Source: Pyrobaculum sp. (GTDB taxonomy: Archaea; Thermoproteota; Thermoprotei; Thermoproteales; Thermoproteaceae). Taken from it: DNA of 64,000 nt. This document shows positions 17,009 through 27,102 of this stretch, in pieces. The stretch spans positions 19,372 to 83,371 of the forward strand of contig JBKBOT010000004.1 in the NCBI GenBank assembly GCA_046293555.1. The letters are read 5' to 3'. The notes beneath the pieces are model-generated. The model did no database searches and was not told where the DNA came from. It worked only from the letters and a program-made list of their open reading frames with translations. A program made the translations under genes and the position numbers. Positions within the stretch are counted from its first letter, which is position 1, and each line of letters opens with the position of its first letter.

Positions 17009-19600
17009 GCCGCCGTGGGCACAGGCCTTATGGCATGTATGGCGCCGAGGTAAAAGGTGACGAACAACACCACCCACACTCCGTCTACAAAATGCCAGTA
17101 GTACTCGGCGGCCTCCACGCCCTGAGGCCTCTTCTGGCTCCAGTAGCCCAACGCCACCAACACCGCCACTAGAGACCAGAAGACTAGACCAATTATCACG
17201 TGAAAGCCGTGAAGTGTGACTATGGCGTAGAAGTAGTTAGCCACTATGGAGGACGCCGGCGTAAAGCCTTCTTTTTGTAACGCCGGATACTCCACTAAAA
17301 ACTGGCTGCCTGCAAAAAAGGCCCCCAGGGCCGTGGTTACAGCAAGCCATAGATAGAACTGACGCAAGTTGCCTCTCTGGAGGCTTCTCCTGGCGGCCAT
17401 GGCCGTGAAGCTACTTCCCCACAAGGCAAAAGTCATGGCTAGAGACAGGGGGCCTATTAAAGAGGGTAGATGCGTCAAGGCGGCGTTCCAGTTGTCAAAT
17501 AGCACCACCCTGGCGTAATATGCCGAAGATATCAACGTGCCGAAGAGGGCTACCTCAGACAGGATTATCCACACCATAGACAGCCTCAAGTCCCCCCAGA
17601 GGGTGGGCGGCTTTGGCATCTCCACATGTGCCCCATTTAACATGCGGAGAGCCTTGGCGTGTTTTACCTGGTCTGCGAGAAACCACGCGACGCCAAGTGA
17701 CATAAACACGGCTATAGCCACAAGCCCAAATTGTGGCGCGGAGAGAAATGGATAGTTTTGAAGTATGGGGGAGACGCCTTTGAGCAGCGAGAGGACGCCG
17801 AGCCCCAACGGGATCAAGCCGGTGGCTAAGATAAATGGCCACGGGTTTGGCGAGTGGTGTGGCTTCACCAACGGCGGTATTACGTCCGGAAGGCCATATC
17901 TAGCAGAGCCCCAGGGGTCTTCCCTATTTTTAACCGCAGGCCCGTTGAGCAGGCTATAGAGGAGGTTTATGAAATACAACACAACACCCGTGGTGAGGAT
18001 AATTGTGAAGATAGACATGGCGGCGTGGTATGGATAGAGGTCTGGGGTGGGGGCTGCCGAGTATCTCCTAGGCGACCCCAAAACGCCGGCGGCAGACATT
18101 AGCGTATATGTGACAAAACCCCCTATGGTTATCAGACCCCAGCTAAACACAGCAAGCCTCTCGTTATACCATCTGCCAGTTAAGTGAGGGAAGTAGTACA
18201 GCAAGGCGCCGAAGATAGAGAAGGCGATGGCGTTGACGATGTAGTGGAAGTGTCCAATCACAAAGTAGGTGTCTTGTAGGGTTAAGCGTAACTACTGGGA
18301 AAAACACGCCGGTGACGCCGCCTACGATAAAAAAGAGGAGAAAGGTAAACATAAACAACATGGGGGCTCTTAGCAATATCCTGCCGCCGTATAGGGTGGC
18401 GGTCCAGTTAAAGACCTTTACGCCAGAGGGGATGGCCACAGCCATGGTGGCAATAGCCATGGCTAGCCTAGGGGCGTAGTCCTGCACTGCGGTAAACATG
18501 TGGTGCATCCAGACGGCGAAGCTTATGGAGGCTATAGCCACAGACGACACGGCAATAGCTGTGTAGCCATAGGCCCTCCTCCTGGCCATCCTCTGTATAA
18601 CCTCTGAGACAAGCCCCATGGCTGGCAACACCAGGATGTAGACCTCCGGATGGCCAAAGAACCAGAAGATGTGTTGAAACAGCCGCGGGTCTCCCGACGC
18701 CGCCGGGTTGTTAGGCACCACCGTGAAGAAGTGAAGGCCCAGGTGTCTCTCTACTAACAACATGATCGCCCCGGCCGCCAGGGGGGGCAGCGCCACAACC
18801 ATGAGAAGAGACGTGGCGAGGATAGACCAGGCAAAGAGAGACATATCTAACATCTTTATGTCAGGTCTCCTCAGCCTAGTTATGGTGAGGAGGAAGTTTA
18901 TCCCAGTTAAGGTAGAGGACATGCCGGAGATTATTACCGCCAACAGTATGAGATCTACGCCGATAGACCTGCTAAATGTGCTAAGCGGGGGGTATAACGT
19001 CCAGCCTATAGAGTCGCCGTGTTGCCAAAAGAGGAGGCTACTCCACATGAAGGCCGTTGCGGGGACCTGCATCCAGAGGGAGAGGGCGTTTACCCGAGGC
19101 CAGTAGAGGTCAGGCGCCCCGATTAGCTTAGGCACAAGAATGTTTGCCACCCCCGTCACGGCCTGCATGGCAAATAGTAATAACATGCCAAGGCCGTGAA
19201 GAGACATAAACCATGTATATAACAAGTCGTCGAAGGGTGGCGAGACGCCAGGGGTAGCCACGGCGGTGGTAGGAGGGCTATTGGCGATAGCAAGCCGCAT
19301 GTAAATAGCGACAAAGCCCGCCAAGGCGAAGTTTACTATAGAAAAGAGTATGTACATTATGCCTATCTTGTGGGCATCGGTAGTGGTTAGGTAGTCGCCC
19401 AATATCTCTGACACGGGCTTCCCCCCCTTTCTCTGTTCACTATTTGCGGGTTCATTAGGGGCCACCACGGAAGCAGAGCCATACGGCTCCACCCCCGCCT
19501 CAGATGGCGCCGGTCCCATGGAGGCGGGGCGAGATTTTCCAAAAGCCTTTCTAACGAAACTACCCAAAATGTATGGTAGGTAGAACTTTTGGCTCTTCAT
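17005..19600 (-). pseudogene. A1-family (aa3, SoxM-like) heme-copper oxidase subunit I+III fusion, frameshifted
   Basis: GHPEVY and WMHHM in one frame; LQDTYFVIGHFHY and subunit III motifs (ILSEVALF, HGFHV, YWHFVDGVW) in another; break at ~18279-18283. Confidence 0.85.
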
Positions 19601-20267
19601 GTGGCCACCACCTGGCCTAACATTAGGTAGTGTTTTGCTCCACAAAACTCTGCACAGAATATGTGATATACGCCGGGTTTCTCCACTTGTAGCCACATGG
19701 TGTACCACCGGCCGGGCACTGCGTCGTATTTATACCCCAGCTCTCTGATGTAGAAGGAGTGTACTACATCTCTAGACGTGGCCTCTAGCCTATACAACTT
19801 ACCCGCCTTTATGTATAGGGTATTTACCGTAGTTGTGCCGTTTGGATATTCAAATATCCAACTATATCTAACTGCATATACCTTGATAGCCTCGTATTCC
19901 CCGGCGCCGAAAGCCCTGCCGGCGGCTGCCCTCCCGTAGTTTGATAAAGACCCACGGCGGTTATATAGGCTAGGTACCCCAATATAGCCGCCGCGCCTAA
20001 TATGGTGGCGTATTCAAGAGCTTTCCCCCTCTCCATGGCCTCTCTCTCTGAACCTGTACATGAAGAAAACTATGGCGCCCAGAAATAAGGCCACCACAAC
20101 GCCGGCCGATATCGCCACGATTGTATACGCCTCAACTTGCGATATTGGAGATGCGGGGTCAAAGGGGGGCTTTCCGAAGTTTACTATATAAAGCCACGTG
20201 GCCAGTATGGCATGGCCAGTATGGCGACAACCACCCCCATATAGACCCCGAGGTCTTTCAAAGTCAT
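19597..20267 (-). pseudogene. CuA-containing oxidase subunit II region, frameshifted
   Basis: DVVHSF...CAEFCGAKHYLM; frame break at the C-run 19899-19902 (…SAPG / EYEAIKVYAVRYSWIFEYPNG); 14-nt tandem duplication at 20199-20225 breaks the N-terminal TM part. Confidence 0.82.
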
Positions 20268-20327
20268 GTAAAAAAGTAGAGAATTCTATTTAAAAATCTT
20301 ATTCTATCTAAAATTGGAGTAAATTCT

Positions 20328-20343
20328 GTATCTATGTAGATAC
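20328..20343. promoter_or_regulatory. Palindrome upstream of the ctaA BRE/TATA
   Basis: GTATCTA-TG-TAGATAC directly followed by CAAGGCTTATATA; ends 32 nt before the ATG. Confidence 0.5.
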
Positions 20344-20375
20344 CAAGGCTTATATACCACGAAATAAGTAGGGCC

Positions 20376-21224
20376 ATGCGCCTTCCTGTCGCGGTGAGGA
20401 GCGCCTTTATTTCTGTGCTCTTGGTCAGCTTTACAGGCGGCTTAACTGCGGGGCTTGGCCATGGTTTTGACTTAGGCACCGCGTGGCCTGGCGAGCCGCT
20501 GGTAGTTTTGCTTACGCTTATACAGGGGAGCCTAGAGCCAGTCCACAGGCTTTTAACCATAGCTGCCGGCGTCTTGTATGTAGTAGTCTTTGCGCTCGCC
20601 CTGAGGACTGGGGCTAGGCCTCTCGTCTATCTGGCCGCTACGGCTCTGGCGTTTCTAATAGCCACAGCCCTCACCGGCAGGGTGGTGTTGTTAGTTCTCG
20701 GCGGCGAGGTGCCGGCGCCGTGGTCTTACGCCGTATACCCCCTAAACAACGCCTTAGCTCTCGCCGCAGCCATGTCTATGGCCCTGTTGGCCTCTATGTT
20801 TACACCTCCTGTTTCCACAAGGGGGGGTTATCTCTTCAGGGGGGCTGCCTTCTGGGGCGCCGTGGCTTCTATCTCTGGCGCATATATCCTCGGCTACCAC
20901 AAGATAACGCGGACGCCACTTCAATACGGCCTAATCCCCACCTTTGACGACCTGCCGTGGTTAATACACCTACTTTCTGCAACGGTTGCGGTAGCTCTAG
21001 CTGCGGCAGGTCTGGCTATAAACAAGAGGGGGGTTTGGCATTGGCTTCTTCTAGCGTCGCTTTTGGCACAGCCGGCTACAGGCCTGTTGATGTATCTAGG
21101 GGCTTCCACAGACCCGTGGGCCCCTGGCCCCCAGGCGGGTCTCCACGCCGCATTTGCCCACCTGTTTGTTATCTCCGCCTTTGTTATCTATGTGAGGGGT
21201 AGACAATGGACATCCCGTACCTAG
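20376..21224 (+). CDS. ctaA: Heme A synthase (CtaA/COX15 family)
   Basis: 8 TM segments, G.G..LG..WP, EPVHRL, later His in IHLL and LHAAFAH. Confidence 0.7.
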   Translation: MRLPVAVRSAFISVLLVSFTGGLTAGLGHGFDLGTAWPGEPLVVLLTLIQGSLEPVHRLLTIAAGVLYVVVFALALRTGARPLVYLAATALAFLIATALTGRVVLLVLGGEVPAPWSYAVYPLNNALALAAAMSMALLASMFTPPVSTRGGYLFRGAAFWGAVASISGAYILGYHKITRTPLQYGLIPTFDDLPWLIHLLSATVAVALAAAGLAINKRGVWHWLLLASLLAQPATGLLMYLGASTDPWAPGPQAGLHAAFAHLFVISAFVIYVRGRQWTSRT

Positions 21225-23344
21225 CCCTCCTCATAGCGGCCATAGCTCTCAACGCCGCGGCGGCATTTTACAGAAGGCTGGGCCCTCTGGCTTTTGTATC
21301 AGTTGGAGCCCTAGTGGCGTATCACTACGCCCTTTTTCTTCTCGGAGATTTTAGACTCGTCTTGGTGTATATAAACGCGGCTGTGGGCCAGACGGCGTTA
21401 GAGAGGGCTACAGCCGCCATAGCCTCCATCCCGGGCGCCGTATATCTAATGGCGTTGCCCACAGCCGCCGTGTTTAAAAGAGGCGGCCACCTGGCGGCCG
21501 CCTTGTTGTTAACATACGCCGCCCTCGAGAGGCCCTTCTTGACTATAGACGACGTCCTCCCTGGATATATCCCCCAGTCTGGAATGGGGCTAAACCCCCT
21601 CCTCCGAAGCGTATGGGCAGTGCCACATCCCGTGGCGGTGTTGGTGGGCTACGGCCTTATCGTCGCGGCGGCGGCGTCAAGCTCTGAGAGGCTTCTCAAA
21701 TGGGGCTGGGCCTCTGTCTCCCTCGGCTTACTTCTCGGCGCCATATGGAGCTACCAGACTTTCGGCTGGGCTGGCTACTGGGCGTGGGACCCCGTGGAAA
21801 ACGCCCTGCTGGCCGTCTGGCTTGTGACGACTGCCGCGTTGCACCTCAAAAACCGCGGCGGGATGGTGGCGGCCGTGGGGGTCGTGCTAGGCGCCGTGGG
21901 ACTAAACCAAGGCGGTTTTTCCGCCCTCCATAGCTTCGTCGGGGGGACCCCCACGCCGCAGGTAATGCTGGCGGCGTCTTTAGCCCTGTTGACATACGGC
22001 ATCTATAAGTCCACAGAGGGGGTAAAAGATGGCATGTTGGCAATGGCGGCGTTTGGCATGATGGCAGTAGGTGTGGTTATATACATAACGGCGGCGGTTC
22101 CAGCTCTCTACTCTATAGCCACCTCTACGGCTGTACAGCCCCCAGCTGGCGACGTCTTTGTGGCAAGCTTTCTCTACCCCCTGGCGGCCTCTGTGTTGTC
22201 GGGGCTCTTCCTGGCGGCTGTATATCACGGCGTTGGGGTGAAGAGGGGGGTTGTGATTTTTGCCGCCATATTAGCCCTCTCGGCAGTTCTCTCCTGGGTT
22301 TTTAAGCCGGCCTTCGAGAGCCCCATTGCCACAAACTTTTTTGTATATGCCATAGCCGCCGCGGCTCTAGCTGCGGCATACCAGACGGCTAGAAGTAACT
22401 ACGGGAGGTGGCATAAGGCTCTTCACGTTGTTGCCTTCCTGCTGGTGGCCCTACTGGCCGCCAGCGGGCCTTTTTCATACAGCCAGAGTTACTACAAGCT
22501 GCTGGCAGTAGATAGAGTCGGCGCGGTTTACTTCACCCTACTGGATTGGCCCTACCCACAACAGGTCTCCCTAGTCGACATAGCCGTCACGCAAGATGGG
22601 AGAGTTGTGGAGGTTCCCCCAACGGCGCAGGTGGAGCCCCCGCCTAACTATACGGCATTTGTCAAAAGGGTTGACGGCAAGTTTAGCCTAGGCGGGCTGA
22701 ACTACAGCGTCGTGGAGCTAGGGGGGATCCCATATGTGGTAGTATGGGGAGGCGGGCAGGAGCTGGGCCGGGTCGGCGGCGTGCCGGTAGTAGAGGTGGA
22801 GAGAAACGGCACCGTGGTGGTCTTCCCCGCACCGCTGGACTTAATAAAGGCGCTGGAGACAAGCCCCAGGTGGGCGAAAAGGTTCTTAGAGTGTTTTAAC
22901 TCCAGCCGCCTGGCCCCCGGCGGCGTGGAGGTCAGGGGGGTTCTGTCGATAGACGGCGTGGAGGCGCCCTTCGTGGTGAGGTACGACATATCCGGCTGGC
23001 TTAAGGGCGTTGGGGCTTTAACCGCCGGCGTGGTGGACATCTATAAGCCCGTGGTGGGCTACCACGCGGTGGCGATACCCCCAACTACCCTAGAGGGCGT
23101 CGCGTGGGATTACGCCACACGTCAATACGCCGCCTTGTTGTTACAACAATGCAACGCCCCCATGGCATATGCCGTGTTAAAAACAACAGGCGTCAAAAAC
23201 CTCACCTCCGCCGTGACCTATCTTGAAGCCACACAAGACATCTGGGTGGTGGGATTCAAGCCCGTACCCCTAATTTTAGAGCTGTGGGTATTTTCCGCAA
23301 TACTTATAATTGTCGCGATATATAAGTACAAAGACAAAGTTTAA
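21206..23344 (+). CDS. ccmF: Cytochrome c heme lyase CcmF
   Basis: GLNPLL, HP, GAIWSYQTFGWAGYWAWDPVEN, LH, LHSF. Confidence 0.9.
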   Translation: MDIPYLALLIAAIALNAAAAFYRRLGPLAFVSVGALVAYHYALFLLGDFRLVLVYINAAVGQTALERATAAIASIPGAVYLMALPTAAVFKRGGHLAAALLLTYAALERPFLTIDDVLPGYIPQSGMGLNPLLRSVWAVPHPVAVLVGYGLIVAAAASSSERLLKWGWASVSLGLLLGAIWSYQTFGWAGYWAWDPVENALLAVWLVTTAALHLKNRGGMVAAVGVVLGAVGLNQGGFSALHSFVGGTPTPQVMLAASLALLTYGIYKSTEGVKDGMLAMAAFGMMAVGVVIYITAAVPALYSIATSTAVQPPAGDVFVASFLYPLAASVLSGLFLAAVYHGVGVKRGVVIFAAILALSAVLSWVFKPAFESPIATNFFVYAIAAAALAAAYQTARSNYGRWHKALHVVAFLLVALLAASGPFSYSQSYYKLLAVDRVGAVYFTLLDWPYPQQVSLVDIAVTQDGRVVEVPPTAQVEPPPNYTAFVKRVDGKFSLGGLNYSVVELGGIPYVVVWGGGQELGRVGGVPVVEVERNGTVVVFPAPLDLIKALETSPRWAKRFLECFNSSRLAPGGVEVRGVLSIDGVEAPFVVRYDISGWLKGVGALTAGVVDIYKPVVGYHAVAIPPTTLEGVAWDYATRQYAALLLQQCNAPMAYAVLKTTGVKNLTSAVTYLEATQDIWVVGFKPVPLILELWVFSAILIIVAIYKYKDKV

Positions 23345-23366
23345 ATATTGTGAGATTTCTAACTCC

Positions 23367-23924
23367 ATGAAGTGGGTAACTGTAGTAATAATAATAGCGG
23401 TGGTGGTGATAGCAGCCGTAACGGCAATAACCCTCTCAGGACTTGGCGCAACGCCTGCACACACACCAACACCTACTCCCACAACGGCGACACCTACCCC
23501 CCCTACGACTCCCACCACGCCGACAGCGCCCGGCACGCCGGCCCCCACTCCAGGCGGCGTTAAATACAACGCCGAACTTGCCCAAAAGGGAGTAAAGTAT
23601 TTCAGTGAACTTGGATGTACGGCTTGTCACAGCGTGAAGTCTTTAGGCATTTCTGGCGGCGCCGTGGGGCCTGATTTAAGCAAGGCGTTATCCAGCGAGA
23701 CTCAATGGCTCGGTAAGTACTATAAGGAAAACGGCCTGACTAACCCGGCGGCCGACCCAGAAAAAGCTGCTGAGTTACTTGCCAAGTATTTTGAGTCGCC
23801 ACCTTCTTATTCGGTAACTATGTTGGCGCAGGTTCAGACATATAAGTCGCTTTATGGCGACGACTGGGTTAAGCAGTATGTGCCGGCGTTTGTAGAAATG
23901 TTTAAAATGGCGGCGTCGAGGTGA
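23367..23924 (+). CDS. Membrane-anchored cytochrome c heading the Rieske/cyt b operon
   Basis: TM, Thr/Pro stalk, CTACH, GPDLSKAL; paralog of 5748-6341. Confidence 0.88.
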   Translation: MKWVTVVIIIAVVVIAAVTAITLSGLGATPAHTPTPTPTTATPTPPTTPTTPTAPGTPAPTPGGVKYNAELAQKGVKYFSELGCTACHSVKSLGISGGAVGPDLSKALSSETQWLGKYYKENGLTNPAADPEKAAELLAKYFESPPSYSVTMLAQVQTYKSLYGDDWVKQYVPAFVEMFKMAASR

Positions 23925-24475
23925 TGACTGACGAAAAGAGGAGGGAAACCCTCAAGTTTTTTATCGGCACCTCTGCCGCGTTGGGCGTCGGCATGTTGGC
24001 CACACCCCTTGTGGCTTCTCTAGTGGGCAACCGCGCCGCCTTGCTGGGAGAAAGTTCTACAGTTAGCGCAATACCTGTAGAGATCTGTAAGTCGCCGGAG
24101 GGATGTCCCCACGGCGTCCCGCTGGAAGAGCTCCGCGGCGGGCCTGTGTTTAGGCTTATTAAGGTAAACACCATGGCCATACCGGCGGTGTTCGGCCTCG
24201 TGAGGGCTACAGACGGGAAGGAGTACCCAGCCGCCTATGTGGCCATATGTACACATTTCGGCTGCCCTCTAAACGTCTCTGGCGGCAAGTACCTCACTGG
24301 CTTCTTCTGTCCATGTCACGGCAGCTTCTTTGCGGTATGTAACAACCCCAACGGCTGCCCCAAGGGGAGGTTTCTGGAGATGTTTGTACAAGGAGGCCCG
24401 GCGGTAAGGTCCCTTAGGGCGATAAAGGTGGAGGTAAAAGACGGGGTTGTGTACCCGCTGGTTGCCTACATATGA
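23921..24475 (+). CDS. Rieske [2Fe-2S] protein
   Basis: Tat-like KRRETLK; CTHFGC, CPCHGS, GGPA. Confidence 0.93.
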   Translation: MMTDEKRRETLKFFIGTSAALGVGMLATPLVASLVGNRAALLGESSTVSAIPVEICKSPEGCPHGVPLEELRGGPVFRLIKVNTMAIPAVFGLVRATDGKEYPAAYVAICTHFGCPLNVSGGKYLTGFFCPCHGSFFAVCNNPNGCPKGRFLEMFVQGGPAVRSLRAIKVEVKDGVVYPLVAYI

Positions 24476-25704
24476 GGGTCTTCAGCAGGCTTTGGGAACT
24501 CATCCTGGAGCGTTTCCACCTAAAGGAGTTTTTAGAACACCCGGTGCCCCGCTATTCTAACATAAACCCCCTCTACTGGTTTGGCGACGTGGCGGCCGTC
24601 AGCTTCTTTCTGTTGGCTCTCACAGGCTTCTTCCTGGCGCTTATGTACACCCCCAGCGTAAATGTGGCGACTATACCCACCACAGCGCTTGCCCCTTGGG
24701 ATATCCTCCACGTGCCTGCCTCAGCTGAGGTTCAAGCCACTGGGAGTTACCTCAGCGTCTATAAGACCGCCTATCTGACCCCATTTGGCTTTATACTGAG
24801 GCAATTCCACCTATGGGCGGCATATATGATGATTATGGCCGTCTTGGTGCACTTTTTTGCCAAATTTGTCCTAGGTGCCTACAAGAGGAGGGGCGGCGGC
24901 GCCCTCTGGCTGTTAGGCGTCCTGTTGGGCTTCCTCACTATAAACCAGGCGGTTCTGGGGTACATACTGCCTCTCCATCTTGACGGCATCTTGGCCCTCA
25001 TGATTGGGCTAAATCTCTTCCGCTATTTTGACTACCTTGGAATACCTGTGGGCAACGCCATAATTGCGCTGGTGGGCTCTAACTACCCCACCAACGGCGT
25101 GATTCAAGTAATCTACGTGGCCCACATCTTGATCGTACCTGCCATAATTTTAATACTTCTAGCCCTTAAGATACAGGGGATTCTCTACGGCGGCGTGTCC
25201 CCCCCGCCCATAAGAGACGAGGCTGTGAGAGAGAGGCTGGTTAAAGACGTGGAGCCCTTCTACCCCCACAGGTTTGCACTAATGGTGGGGCAAGTCTTTC
25301 TACAGATTTCCCTCCTGTTGCTACTAGTTGCCTTCTTCCCACAGCCTCTACTAGAGCCGTGGGCCCCTGGCGAGCTTGTGCCGGCTGGAGTCAGGCCGCC
25401 CTGGCCGGTCATGTGGTATTACACATACGTGAAGATGATCGACCCGTTTATCTCTGTGGGCATGCCGATAATAATGGTCCTCTTCGCGCTGGTAGTGCCC
25501 CTGCTAGATAGAAGCAAGGGGATTACCGTGGGAGAGAGGTGGGTGTGGGTAGTAATCGCAATTATATACATGGCCATTATTGGCTACGGCTCGGTGTTGG
25601 GCTTTATAATCGACATCCCGCGGCAAATTACGCCATTTACGCAAATCGCCGTACCTCCAGAGAGCGCAGTTCCCTATATCTCAACGCCGCAGCCTGTGGG
25701 CTAA
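24472..25704 (+). CDS. Cytochrome b of a Rieske/cyt b complex
   Basis: TGFFLALMYTP, RQFHLWAA...LVHF, GYILP, AHIL, PFYP; PPWP at the PEWY position. Confidence 0.92.
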   Translation: MRVFSRLWELILERFHLKEFLEHPVPRYSNINPLYWFGDVAAVSFFLLALTGFFLALMYTPSVNVATIPTTALAPWDILHVPASAEVQATGSYLSVYKTAYLTPFGFILRQFHLWAAYMMIMAVLVHFFAKFVLGAYKRRGGGALWLLGVLLGFLTINQAVLGYILPLHLDGILALMIGLNLFRYFDYLGIPVGNAIIALVGSNYPTNGVIQVIYVAHILIVPAIILILLALKIQGILYGGVSPPPIRDEAVRERLVKDVEPFYPHRFALMVGQVFLQISLLLLLVAFFPQPLLEPWAPGELVPAGVRPPWPVMWYYTYVKMIDPFISVGMPIIMVLFALVVPLLDRSKGITVGERWVWVVIAIIYMAIIGYGSVLGFIIDIPRQITPFTQIAVPPESAVPYISTPQPVG

Positions 25705-25705
25705 T

Positions 25706-26041
25706 ATGGAGCCGCTGTCTCCTTCCACGCTCGCGTGGATTACTGCCGGCGTAGCCGTGCCGGCGGTGGTGCTGGTATATGCGCTAAATGGGGTAGACAG
25801 GAGGTGGGCTACCGCAGTTGGGCTAATCTCTGTGATAGCGCTAATGGCCATATTTGGATATACGGCAAACGTCATAATGTCTTTCTACAGCGCCGTGGAG
25901 TTTCCGCCAGATGTCCACACCATAGAGCTGGGCGTGGCCTACCAGAGGGTGGCCGCCGGACAGCTGGCTGCAGCATCTATGGTCATAGGCCTTCTCGCAA
26001 TTGGTTACTACATGGAGATTTCGAAGAGGGGCCATGAGTAG
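25706..26041 (+). CDS. 3-TM membrane protein
   Basis: Hydrophobic ORF directly after cyt b. Confidence 0.7.
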   Translation: MEPLSPSTLAWITAGVAVPAVVLVYALNGVDRRWATAVGLISVIALMAIFGYTANVIMSFYSAVEFPPDVHTIELGVAYQRVAAGQLAAASMVIGLLAIGYYMEISKRGHE

Positions 26042-26285
26042 AGAGTCCATATTGATAATACTGGCCGCCATTGTCGCGGTGGGGATGGTGTTGCTAAACT
26101 ACGGCCTTACTTACGTCCAGGAGGTGTATAACGCCCTCGCCAACGCGCCAAGAGACCTAGCAGAGCTGAGGGCAGACAAGGTGGAAAGCCTCTGGATGCT
26201 TCAAAGCGCCGTGTGGACCGGTGTATTTGCCCTCTCGATGGTGGCAGTAATGGCATATTTATATTACCTAACTCAAGAAAAATAA
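26034..26285 (+). CDS. 2-TM membrane protein
   Basis: MSRESIL... overlapping the previous stop, GAGGGG upstream. Confidence 0.7.
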   Translation: MSRESILIILAAIVAVGMVLLNYGLTYVQEVYNALANAPRDLAELRADKVESLWMLQSAVWTGVFALSMVAVMAYLYYLTQEK

Positions 26286-26456
26286 AATCTATAAAACCCA
26301 GATTTTCTACAAAAAAGTTGAACTTTATATAAATTTATGTCATAGTGTACATATTTATGAATTTGTGTAAAATTATATAGCTTTATAGATGAAATTCTAT
26401 ATTTATTAAAAAATCCTTCGGAAAAAAATTTATAAATAACTTGAATTCTGTTCTAT

Positions 26457-26576
26457 ATGGAGGGCAGAGAAGAAGCAAAAGGCGCTTTGGCTACTATGTT
26501 GATATATGCTGCAATATTTGCCGCACTTTGGTTTTTGGTTTATACAGTCACGTTAGGTAGAGGCATAGTGGGGTAG
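26457..26576 (+). CDS. cbaD: ba3 oxidase subunit IIa (39 aa)
   Basis: Manual translation MEGREEAKGALATMLIYAAIFAALWFLVYTVTLGRGIVG; KGAL...W..VY....RG pattern of Thermus subunit IIa; TTTATAAA ~28 nt upstream. Confidence 0.8.
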   Translation: MEGREEAKGALATMLIYAAIFAALWFLVYTVTLGRGIVG

Positions 26577-26578
26577 CT

Positions 26579-27055
26579 ATGACGATACACAGAGAAGAGA
26601 AGATCTGGGCCGCCGTGGTAGCGGCGATGGTCGCCATATTTCTGGCGGCGCTTGCCTACGCCGCGTGGGTAATCGGCCTCCAGGTCCCCGGCGGGGAGGT
26701 AGAGTTAGTCAACCCCAAGACTGTCCTACAGGAGTTTAAGCCTGGCGTGAGGGAGGTGGCGCCGGGGAGATATGAGGTGACTCTAGTGGGGCGGATGTTT
26801 TCGTGGTTTCCCTCAGAGATCACGCTAAAGGACCCCGTAGAGGTGAAGTTCAGGCTTACCTCTCTCGACGTGATACACGGCTTTCAGATTGTCGGCACTA
26901 ATGTAAACGTCATGGTGTTTCCAGGCTATGTGGCAGAAATCACGTGGAGAGTGCCGCCAAATGCAGAGGGGAAATACCTAGTGGTATGTAACGAGTACTG
27001 TGGCATCGGCCATCAGAACATGTACGGCGTCGTGAATATAGTTCGTAGTAAATAA
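26579..27055 (+). CDS. cbaB: ba3-type (B-family) oxidase subunit II
   Basis: Single TM, DVIHGF, CNEYCGIGHQNM CuA motif. Confidence 0.92.
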   Translation: MTIHREEKIWAAVVAAMVAIFLAALAYAAWVIGLQVPGGEVELVNPKTVLQEFKPGVREVAPGRYEVTLVGRMFSWFPSEITLKDPVEVKFRLTSLDVIHGFQIVGTNVNVMVFPGYVAEITWRVPPNAEGKYLVVCNEYCGIGHQNMYGVVNIVRSK

Positions 27056-27102
27056 GTGTAAAGAATAGAAAAGTTTATAAATTGAACTTCTTTTTTTATT
27101 AC

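Noticed and set aside
18164-18290. Programmed frameshifting as the explanation for the oxidase subunit I break
   Set aside because: No slippery heptamer, residues appear to be missing at the junction, and the operon has other independent lesions
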